Part shown: piece by piece, positions 28,090 through 35,997 of the stretch
Layout of the letters: each line of letters opens with the position of its first letter
How positions within the stretch are numbered: position 1 is the first letter of the stretch
Assembly (NCBI GenBank): GCA_964344175.1
Contig: CAYFMI010000002.1
Span: 6,350-70,349, forward strand
DNA: 64,000 nt
Source of the DNA: an uncultured Anaerolineales bacterium
GTDB taxonomy: Bacteria; Chloroflexota; Anaerolineae; Anaerolineales; UBA11858
Direction: 5' to 3'
Notes under the pieces: model-generated
Seen by the model: the letters and a program-made list of their open reading frames with translations, nothing else
Told to the model about the DNA's origin: nothing
The model's database searches: none
Program-made: the position numbers and the translations under genes

Positions 28090-30213
28090 ATGAGCGAAAT
28101 CCGTTGCCCCATGTGCGGGAAAGATAATCCCAAAACTTTAGACCACTGCCAACACTGTCAGGCTCGTCTGACTCCGTTGATTATGTCGCCGGAGGATGAT
28201 AACGGTCTGCCCGACTGGATGCAGGATACCGGCGATGAGGCTGCGCATCAAGAACCCCAGACATCTCCTGAAGAATCAGATCCCGCAGATTGGCTGAACC
28301 AACTCAGAGGGGAGGAGGCTGCTGACCCCTTTGAGGCCATTCCCCCCGAGGATGAGCCAGCCCCTGGCCCCGAACCCGAGGACGATTGGCTGGGGCGACT
28401 CAGCGCCCTTAGCAGTGAGGTTAGCGCGCCCGATGAGGAGGGTGATGCGCCCGAAGATACCTGGCTGGATGGCGAAATCCCAGAGTGGATGAAACTTGAA
28501 GAGCAGGACGAACCCTTTAGCGAGGAACCCGCTGCAACCGCAGAAGATGCTCTGCCCGACTGGCTTGCCGAACCCGCTGCCTCGCCGGAAGAATCGCCCC
28601 CCCCGGCGGAAGAAGGTTTACCTGACTGGTTCCTTGACACCGCCGATGCGGCCCCCTCGGAGGCTGCCCCCTCCCCCGAGGCTCCGGCTCTCAGCCCCGA
28701 GGGCGATAGCGAACTGCCTGCCTGGATGTCTGAAACTCCTGACGCCGAAGATGACGGCATCCCCGATTGGATATCCGGCGTCGAGGATGATGATGTTGAA
28801 ATCCCCATCATCTTGCCGGATCCTCAGCCAGAGATCCCCGACTGGAGCGCCAACCTGGAAGACGACGCCCCAGCAAGCAGCCCTTCAGACGAAGAACCCG
28901 ATTGGCTAGAAAAACTGGGGGCCGGAGAACCCGGTGATTTCACCCCCCAGGGCGAGGAACTCCCAGCGGCCTTACTGGATGACGATGCGTTTAAGCTTGA
29001 CGAATTAACCGACCTTTTCGCCCGCGATACCGAGGATGCCCCGCCCGAACCTGGAGAAATCGACGACAGCCTGGCTCCTGCGGAACTGCCCGGCTGGTTG
29101 GAGGCCATGCGCCCGGTCGAAAGCACATCCGAAGATCAAACCAGCCCGGCAGATCAAGGGCCAACCATCCAAACTGGGCCTCTGGCAGGGTTAAGCGGCG
29201 TACTCATGGCCGAGCCAGAAATCGCCCGCCTGAAAAAAGCGCCCACCTTCTCATCAAAACTCAATGTCTCAGCCACCCAGCAGCAGCATGTCAAACTATT
29301 GCGCGATTTGATCGCGTCGGAAGGCGTGCCCCTTCAAAGAACAGAGCCAATTCTCGTGTCTTCACAAGGATTGTTAAGGTGGATTATTGCCTTCTTATTG
29401 ATCTTGGCAGTGGGATTAGCCGTTATTACAGAAGGGCAGTTTGTCCCCTTGCCTGCGTTAGAATCGGTTCCTCCGCAGGTGATGGGGGCCAGTCAATTAA
29501 TCGAAACTTTGGCCCCGCAAGATCCCGTCTTATTAGCTTTCGACTATGAACCCGGAACCGCAGGCGAGATGAGCGCCGCTGCGGCTGCGGTTGTCGATCA
29601 TATCATGCTCAAGGGTGCTTATCTTACGCTGGTATCCACCTCCCCTACCGGTCCAGCGTTGGCCGAGAATTTCTTCCGCACAACCCAATGGGCGCATAAC
29701 TACACCAGCGGAATCCAATATATTAATTTAGGCTATATCCCCGGCGGCGCATCGGGGCTATTGGGTTTCGCGCAGATTCCACAGCGCATTACGCCCCTGG
29801 CTTTCGACGGCCTGGAAGCCTGGAAAACGATGCCCCTCAGCCGCATATCCACGCTCTCTGACTTCGAGATGGTTGTTATCATCACCGATAACCCAGATAT
29901 TGCCCGCACCTGGATCGAGCAAGTGCAGCCCGCCTTGCCCAGCACCCCAATGATCGCCGTTGCCAGCGCCCAAGCCGAGCCTATCCTGCGCCCTTATAGC
30001 GGCGGCCAAGATCCGCAACTGGATGGCCTGGTGGGGGGGATTACCGGCGGTGCAGCCTATGAACAAGTGACCGGCAAAACACATTTAGCCCGTCAATATT
30101 GGGACGCTCTCAACTATGGGCTGCTGACCGCCGCAGCCGCAATCCTGATCGGCGGATTGGTTAACCTGGTTTCTATTTTCCTTACAAAATCAGGCAAAGG
30201 GGAGGCCTCATGA
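28090..30213 (+). CDS. Zn-ribbon protein with an acidic PDW-repeat region, a TM segment, an ~230-aa domain and a terminal TM segment
   Basis: N-terminal CPMCGKDNPKTLDHCQHCQARL. Twelve [LIE]P[DEAG]W[LMFIS]-type motifs lie between aa 40 and 337 in a Glu/Asp/Pro-rich region. TM segments at about aa 428-446 and aa 680-700. Confidence 0.8.
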   Translation: MSEIRCPMCGKDNPKTLDHCQHCQARLTPLIMSPEDDNGLPDWMQDTGDEAAHQEPQTSPEESDPADWLNQLRGEEAADPFEAIPPEDEPAPGPEPEDDWLGRLSALSSEVSAPDEEGDAPEDTWLDGEIPEWMKLEEQDEPFSEEPAATAEDALPDWLAEPAASPEESPPPAEEGLPDWFLDTADAAPSEAAPSPEAPALSPEGDSELPAWMSETPDAEDDGIPDWISGVEDDDVEIPIILPDPQPEIPDWSANLEDDAPASSPSDEEPDWLEKLGAGEPGDFTPQGEELPAALLDDDAFKLDELTDLFARDTEDAPPEPGEIDDSLAPAELPGWLEAMRPVESTSEDQTSPADQGPTIQTGPLAGLSGVLMAEPEIARLKKAPTFSSKLNVSATQQQHVKLLRDLIASEGVPLQRTEPILVSSQGLLRWIIAFLLILAVGLAVITEGQFVPLPALESVPPQVMGASQLIETLAPQDPVLLAFDYEPGTAGEMSAAAAAVVDHIMLKGAYLTLVSTSPTGPALAENFFRTTQWAHNYTSGIQYINLGYIPGGASGLLGFAQIPQRITPLAFDGLEAWKTMPLSRISTLSDFEMVVIITDNPDIARTWIEQVQPALPSTPMIAVASAQAEPILRPYSGGQDPQLDGLVGGITGGAAYEQVTGKTHLARQYWDALNYGLLTAAAAILIGGLVNLVSIFLTKSGKGEAS

Positions 30214-30887
30214 ATATCGACGCGTTGACTCTGGCCGACCTGAGCGGAACTCTGCTGGGATTTGTGTTAACTTTGTTTATTCTCAGTTATGTGATGGGCG
30301 ATAATGCCCTCTTCCGGCTGGCGACGCACATATTCGTCGGGGTGGCGGCTGGTTATGCAACCATCGTCACCCTGTACAATGTCATTTTGCCGCATATGGT
30401 TTTCCCTATTTTAGACGGCGGAAAAAGCGACACGTTCCTGGCGGTTAGTTTCCTTATTCCCAGTCTGTTAATTTTAGCCAAGTTATCGCCCCGCTTGAGC
30501 AAGCTGGGCAACCCTGCCGTGGCGATCTTGGTAGGCATTGGCGCAGCGGCAGCCATCGGCGGTGCGGTAACCGGAACATTGTTCCCGCAAACATCCGCCG
30601 CGATTGGCATATTCGAAACCAACAATTTTGTAGATGGTGTCGTGATAGTCATCGGCACACTGAGTACACTACTATTTTTCCAATTTTCAACCCCCAAAGA
30701 CACCCAACGCGCCAGGCTGATGCCGCAAGTGATGCGCGTCTTGCGCTGGGTGGGCAAAGTTTTTGTTGCGATTACTTTTGGGGCGCTATTTACCGGCGTG
30801 TACATTGCCGCGCTGACAGCGTTGATCGAGCGCTTCACCTACCTGTGGAATATCTTCAAAGAGCTGGTTCTTCCGGCCCTGATGTAA
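30210..30887 (+). CDS. Polytopic membrane protein, unknown function
   Basis: ATGA overlap with the preceding gene. 225 aa with 6-7 hydrophobic segments. Confidence 0.65.
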   Translation: MNIDALTLADLSGTLLGFVLTLFILSYVMGDNALFRLATHIFVGVAAGYATIVTLYNVILPHMVFPILDGGKSDTFLAVSFLIPSLLILAKLSPRLSKLGNPAVAILVGIGAAAAIGGAVTGTLFPQTSAAIGIFETNNFVDGVVIVIGTLSTLLFFQFSTPKDTQRARLMPQVMRVLRWVGKVFVAITFGALFTGVYIAALTALIERFTYLWNIFKELVLPALM

Positions 30888-30894
30888 TAACTCT

Positions 30895-32649
30895 ATGATG
30901 TCTTCTATCGTTGTCACCGATACAATTCTCACGATCGATGTGGGCACCATCAACACCCGCGCCGCTTTGTTCGATGTGGTTGGCGCGCAGTATCGCTTCA
31001 TTGCTTCCAGCACTGCGCCCACGACCATCGCCCCGCCCTTTAATGATGTCCGCGAAGGTGTGGTGCGCGCCGTCAGTGAGTTGCAGACCCTCACCGGGCG
31101 AGTGCTTGTGGGCACCGATGGCACCTTGCTCATCCCCAGCCATCCCGATGGCTCTGGGGTAGACGCTGTTGCCGCGACGCTTTCAGCCGGGCCAGACATC
31201 AGAGTTGTTGCGGTTGGGCTGCTTGAAGATATCTCGCTAGAAAGCGCCCGCAATTTAGCCACTACCACCTATGCAGCCGTCACCGAGACACTCAGCATCA
31301 ATGATCGCCACAAACAAGATGCCCGCATCGACACCATTTTGCGCGCCCGCCCCGACCTCATCATCATTGCCGGTGGCATCGATAACGGGGCAACCCAATC
31401 TGTTTTCAACCTGCTTGAAGCAGTAGGGCTGGCTTGCTTTTTGATGCCGCGCTCCCAGCGGCCACAGATCCTCTTCGCCGGAAACAGCCAGATTCGCGAA
31501 ACGATTAAAGAGACTATCGCTCCGATCACCGATGTGCACATCGCGCCCAATGTGCGTCCCGTTATCCACAGCGAAGAACTGGCCCCGGCTCAGGTTCAAC
31601 TCGCCAAGATCTTTAAAAATATTCGCGCCCAACAAATGTTTGGGGTCTCCGACCTCGACCAATGGAGCGAAGGCCGCCTCATGCCCTCATCGACAGGGTT
31701 TGGGCGTATAACACGTTTCCTCAGCCAGATTTACGATCCATCCAAAGGCGTATTGGGCGTCGATGTGGGTGCATCATCCACAACGATTGCTTGCGCGCTG
31801 CAAGGACAATTGGCTTTACGCGTTTTTCCGCAACTCGGCCTGGGAACAAAACTCAACAATCTCACTCACTATATCCCCCTGGAATTGATCACCCGCTGGC
31901 TCTCCGAAGAAATTCCTGACGCAACGGTTCGAGACTATTTGCAAAACAAAGCGGTCTATCCGGCAAGCTTACCGATCACGCCCGAAGAACTGGACATCGA
32001 GCAAGCCATCACCCGCCAAATTTTGCGCACGGCCGTACACAGTACTATCTCGGCGCTGCCCTTCGAACTGAGAAGCGCCGGGGATGCGTTCCTGCCCTGG
32101 CTGGAGCCGATCCTGGCATCGGGCGGGGCGCTTAGCCTGGCTCCCACCCCTGGGCAAAGCCTGTTGATGCTGCTGGACGGGTTGCAGCCGGTCGGTGTTA
32201 CAACCATTGTCTTAGACCAAAATAACCTCCTGGCTCCGCTGGGCGCTGCAGCGGAAATCAACCCGTTAATGGTCGTGCAAACGCTCGAATCACACGCCTT
32301 TCTCAATCTAGGAACAATCATTGCTCCGGTAGGCAGATCGCGGCAGGGATCGACTGTTTTACGCGTACGGGCGACCTTTGAAGATGGTAGCGATACGAAG
32401 TTCGATGTGAAGTACGGTTCCATCGAGATCATACCGCTCCCGGCGGGGCAGTCTGCACAATTACATTTGCAGCCGTTGCACCGCTTCGATATCGGCATGG
32501 GCGCCCCTGGCCGCAGTGGGCGCGTGCGCGTGGTAGGCGGCGCGTTGGGCATCATCATCGATGCGCGCGGCCGCCCCCTTAACTTGCCTCAGGACCCCGG
32601 CCGACGCCGCGAAATCATCAAACGCTGGCTTTGGGCACTGGGCAATTAA
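30895..32649 (+). CDS. Actin-fold (ASKHA) ATPase-like protein, GlmL(MutL)/EutA-like
   Basis: Motifs ILTIDVGTINTRAALFD (phosphate-1-like), IIIAGGIDNGATQ, a second lobe VLGVDVGASSTTIACA, and ILASGGALSLAP. 584 aa. Confidence 0.6.
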   Translation: MMSSIVVTDTILTIDVGTINTRAALFDVVGAQYRFIASSTAPTTIAPPFNDVREGVVRAVSELQTLTGRVLVGTDGTLLIPSHPDGSGVDAVAATLSAGPDIRVVAVGLLEDISLESARNLATTTYAAVTETLSINDRHKQDARIDTILRARPDLIIIAGGIDNGATQSVFNLLEAVGLACFLMPRSQRPQILFAGNSQIRETIKETIAPITDVHIAPNVRPVIHSEELAPAQVQLAKIFKNIRAQQMFGVSDLDQWSEGRLMPSSTGFGRITRFLSQIYDPSKGVLGVDVGASSTTIACALQGQLALRVFPQLGLGTKLNNLTHYIPLELITRWLSEEIPDATVRDYLQNKAVYPASLPITPEELDIEQAITRQILRTAVHSTISALPFELRSAGDAFLPWLEPILASGGALSLAPTPGQSLLMLLDGLQPVGVTTIVLDQNNLLAPLGAAAEINPLMVVQTLESHAFLNLGTIIAPVGRSRQGSTVLRVRATFEDGSDTKFDVKYGSIEIIPLPAGQSAQLHLQPLHRFDIGMGAPGRSGRVRVVGGALGIIIDARGRPLNLPQDPGRRREIIKRWLWALGN

Positions 32650-32684
32650 CTGGCATTGAACTTGCATCTAAGAAGAAGATAACC

Positions 32685-33743
32685 ATGTTAGCGCCTGTCA
32701 TCCAAATCAACTCGATCACCAAGATTCGCCGCCACCGCGAACTTCCCATCCCCGGAAACGTTATCGTCCGGCAAGGGCAGAAAGTTGAAGCGCGCGACAT
32801 TATCGCTGAGACCATCTTAGCCCCTGAACACATCTTGCTCAATATCGCTCGCAGCCTGAATGTTTCGACCGAACGGGCCGATGATCTCATCCAACACACC
32901 GCTGGCGAAGCTGTCAACCAAGACGACCTCATCGCCGGGCCGGTGGGCCTCACCCAACGAGTAGTACGGGCGCCGCGCCCCGGGAAAATTGTCGTCGCCG
33001 GCGACGGCCTGGTACTCATGGAAGTCAGCAGTACACCCCATGAAATCCGCGCCGGAATGCCGGGAACGATCACCGATTTGATCCCCGATCGCGGCGCAGT
33101 CATTCAATGCACCGGCGCGCTGGTGCAGGGCGTCTGGGGAAACGGCCTCACCGAATTTGGCGTGATGCAATCGAAAATCAAATCCCCCGACGATCAACTC
33201 GTCAGTGAAGATCTGGATGTCAGCCTGCGCGGCGCAATCATCCTGGGCGGGCACTGCGCTGATGCGCATGTTTTCCAGAAAGCTGCCGAGATTCCCTTGC
33301 GGGGCCTGATTCTGGCTAGTATGTCTTCCGCGCTCATTCCCAGAGCGCTTAAGGCTCACTTCCCTGTACTTGTTTTAGAGGGATTTGGCTACCACCCTTT
33401 GAACGCAATAGGCTATAATGTACTCACAACCAACAACGGCAGGGAAATTTCGCTCAATGCGGAACCGTTCGACCATTACAAGGGGATTCGCCCCGAGGTC
33501 GTCATCCCGCTAGATGTAGCCCGAGAGCCAGAGGACATTAGCCTCTCGGTAGAAGACTTCGCACCCGGCCAAAAAGTCCGCATTGTACGCAACCCGCACG
33601 CTGGCGCGACGGGCACAATTGTAGCCCTATCGCAAGGACCCATGCGCTTTCCAAATGGCATCCGGGCACGTGGCGCAGAGATTGAAATGGCCGAGGACCA
33701 GCAAATACCTATCCCCCTGGTCAACCTGGAGCGAGTAGTCTAG
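32685..33743 (+). CDS. Hypothetical soluble protein with barrel-sandwich-like N-terminus and KOW/SH3-like C-terminus
   Basis: Start set to ATG 32685. Motifs GNVIVRQGQKVEARDIIAE and GQKVRIVRNPHAGATGTIVAL. No TM segment. Confidence 0.55.
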   Translation: MLAPVIQINSITKIRRHRELPIPGNVIVRQGQKVEARDIIAETILAPEHILLNIARSLNVSTERADDLIQHTAGEAVNQDDLIAGPVGLTQRVVRAPRPGKIVVAGDGLVLMEVSSTPHEIRAGMPGTITDLIPDRGAVIQCTGALVQGVWGNGLTEFGVMQSKIKSPDDQLVSEDLDVSLRGAIILGGHCADAHVFQKAAEIPLRGLILASMSSALIPRALKAHFPVLVLEGFGYHPLNAIGYNVLTTNNGREISLNAEPFDHYKGIRPEVVIPLDVAREPEDISLSVEDFAPGQKVRIVRNPHAGATGTIVALSQGPMRFPNGIRARGAEIEMAEDQQIPIPLVNLERVV

Positions 33744-33793
33744 GCAATTGTAGTTCTGCTATTTATGCGGATATTGTATGAGGAGATAGCAAC

Positions 33794-34333
33794 ATGACAA
33801 TGATGGATGATTTTGATTTTGATGATATCGAAATGGAAGAAGGCCCTCCCCCCGAGGAAGCTAGCAATCGCACTTTTTTGTTGGTGGCCGGTATTCTCGG
33901 AGCGATTCTAATCTTGTCATTGATCCTCATGGCGGTCTATGCTATGGTTGTCGTTCCCCAACGGCGTGCCGCGCAAAACACGCAGGTAGCCTTAGCCAGC
34001 GGCCTGACAGCCGAAGCCCAGTCGTGGACAGCTACCCCGACCATCACCCGCACTCCCTTGCCAATGACGGCCACGCCCAGCCCCACACTGGTTCTCGCCC
34101 CTACCGACACGCCTGCCGCGGGTCTGGCGCAAGACCGCAACGATCAGCTTACGGCTACAATGGCAGCCTTGTTCACCCAGCAGGCGGCTAACCTGCTCAC
34201 CGTAACCCCGCTGGCCACCGAGTTACCCAGCACGGGCTTCGCCGATGATATCGGGTTACCGGGCATGCTCTCATTGGCTGGTGCGTTAATACTCATTATT
34301 TTCTTTGCCAGGCGCTTGCGAACGGCGCGCTAG
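33794..34333 (+). CDS. Small Thr/Pro-rich protein with C-terminal LPXTG sorting signal
   Basis: GAGGAG SD. LPSTG (nt 34223..34237), then hydrophobic MLSLAGALILIIFFA, then RRLRTAR. The N-terminus is strongly acidic and precedes a single TM segment. Confidence 0.7.
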   Translation: MTMMDDFDFDDIEMEEGPPPEEASNRTFLLVAGILGAILILSLILMAVYAMVVVPQRRAAQNTQVALASGLTAEAQSWTATPTITRTPLPMTATPSPTLVLAPTDTPAAGLAQDRNDQLTATMAALFTQQAANLLTVTPLATELPSTGFADDIGLPGMLSLAGALILIIFFARRLRTAR

Positions 34334-34354
34334 GTAATTCCCCCACACACCAAG

Positions 34355-34386
34355 AAAAAAGGTCTGAGTGACACTCAGACCTTTTT
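34355..34386. terminator. Bidirectional intrinsic terminator between convergent genes
   Basis: AAAAAA-GGTCTGAGTG-A-CACTCAGACC-TTTTT, between the stops at 34333 (+) and 34391 (-). Confidence 0.8.
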
Positions 34387-34390
34387 GTTT

Positions 34391-35851
34391 TTAGGTCACG
34401 CTGGCAGCGACTTCTTCACCATATTGCAGCAAGGCCGCTACCATTGCTTCACTGCGCCCTTCAGCATATACCCGTAGCACCGGTTCTGTCCCCGACGGAC
34501 GAATCAGCAGCCAGGAATCATCACTCATTATATACTTTACGCCATCAATCGTCAGCACTTCGCCGACATCTTCACCGCCAATCGCATCGGGCGCTTCATT
34601 CATCAAGTGCAAGGTCATCTTTTCTTTGGCAACCGGGCGGTTGAGGCGCAAATCTCTCCGTTCATAAAATGCCGGGCCAAATTCTTTTAACAGATCATCC
34701 ACCAGTTCGTGCAACGGCGTCCCCAGGGCAGCCACCATTTCGACCAGCAGCAGCCCCATGAGGGTGCCATCCCCTTCGGGGATATTGCCGCGGAACGAAA
34801 TCCCACCCGATTCTTCCCCGCCAATCAACACATCTTCTTTGAGCATATAATCGGCAATATGATTGAAGCCAACCGGGGTCTCGTAAACGGGGAGGTCGTA
34901 ACGTTCGGCCAGGCGGTCGATCATGCGCGTGGTCGAGACCGTACGCACCACCGGGCCACGCCAACCGCGCGCCTCCACCAAGTAGCGCATTGCCAACGCC
35001 ATAATTTTATGCGGATCAACAAAGTTGCTGCGCCCATCCATGGCGCCAATCCGGTCGGCGTCACCATCGGTAGCCAGACCTAAATCGCCCAGCCCATTGC
35101 TGATCGCGCCCGCCAAAGCCCCCAGATTGCGGCCAATTGGCTCCGGGTGTGTCCCGCCAAAACCGGGATTCATTTCGCCGCGAATTTCATACACTTCGCA
35201 GCCGGTTCCTTTGAGAATCCCCTTGATGACTTCGCGCCCCGAACCGTGCATCGAATCGACGGCCACGCGTGGAGGGCGCTCGGCGATCTTATCGAAATCG
35301 ATCAACGTGCGGAGATGATCGTAATAGGCAGGAATCGGGTTAAAGCGCTCGATCAAGCCCACTCGCCGCGCCTGATCCCAATCCATCATATTCGGGCCGC
35401 GGCCGCGTTCCTCATTATCGTTGAGATAGACTTCTACCCGCCGCGCCTGCTCCGGCAGCGCTGATCCTCCATAGGCGGCTTTCAGCTTGATACCGTTATA
35501 GCGCGGCGCATTGTGCGAAGCGGTAATCACTGCTCCTGCTATGGCCCCTAAATGACGCACAGCATACGAGATGGCTGGCGTTGGGGCATCGGATTGCGAG
35601 AGGAATACCGTATAGCCGTTAGCGGCTAAAACGCGCGCCACATCGGCGGCGTACCGGTCCGAGAGAAAGCGAGTATCGAACCCCACGACAACCTTACGCG
35701 GGTCCACACTGCGTCCCGATGACGTTACCGTTTGCCAATCGCCCGAATTGATGGCATCGGCAATGGCCTGAGTCACCAGCCGCAAATTATGAAAAGTAAA
35801 GGTATCCGAAATAACGGCCCGCCACCCGTCGGTTCCAAAATGAATGGGCAT
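34391..35851 (-). CDS. Phosphoglucomutase/phosphomannomutase (alpha-D-phosphohexomutase family)
   Basis: Active-site TASHNAPRYNGIK, metal loop GLATDGDADR, sugar loop GGEESGG. Confidence 0.9.
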   Translation of the reverse strand: MPIHFGTDGWRAVISDTFTFHNLRLVTQAIADAINSGDWQTVTSSGRSVDPRKVVVGFDTRFLSDRYAADVARVLAANGYTVFLSQSDAPTPAISYAVRHLGAIAGAVITASHNAPRYNGIKLKAAYGGSALPEQARRVEVYLNDNEERGRGPNMMDWDQARRVGLIERFNPIPAYYDHLRTLIDFDKIAERPPRVAVDSMHGSGREVIKGILKGTGCEVYEIRGEMNPGFGGTHPEPIGRNLGALAGAISNGLGDLGLATDGDADRIGAMDGRSNFVDPHKIMALAMRYLVEARGWRGPVVRTVSTTRMIDRLAERYDLPVYETPVGFNHIADYMLKEDVLIGGEESGGISFRGNIPEGDGTLMGLLLVEMVAALGTPLHELVDDLLKEFGPAFYERRDLRLNRPVAKEKMTLHLMNEAPDAIGGEDVGEVLTIDGVKYIMSDDSWLLIRPSGTEPVLRVYAEGRSEAMVAALLQYGEEVAASVT

Positions 35852-35982
35852 GAGTCTTGCTCCTTTAAGTTTATACGAACGGAAACGAGCCTGATTCTAT
35901 CACTGATTTCGCCAATATTCAGGCTCATTGAGAACTCGAAAAAATTACCGCCGCGATTCACGAAGCCTTACGATATATGCTG

Positions 35983-35991
35983 TGCTAAAAT
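35983..35991 (+). promoter_or_regulatory. Extended -10-like element TGCTAAAAT, 6 nt upstream of the ATG at 35998
   Basis: TG-n-TAAAAT. No SD between it and the start codon, which is compatible with a leaderless or near-leaderless transcript. Confidence 0.3.
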
Positions 35992-35997
35992 GGGATT

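Noticed and set aside
28248-28811. 187-aa Ser/Gly-rich minus-strand ORF opposite the PDW-repeat region.
   Set aside because: It is the complement of an acidic Glu/Asp/Pro-rich coding region. Low-complexity mirror ORF.
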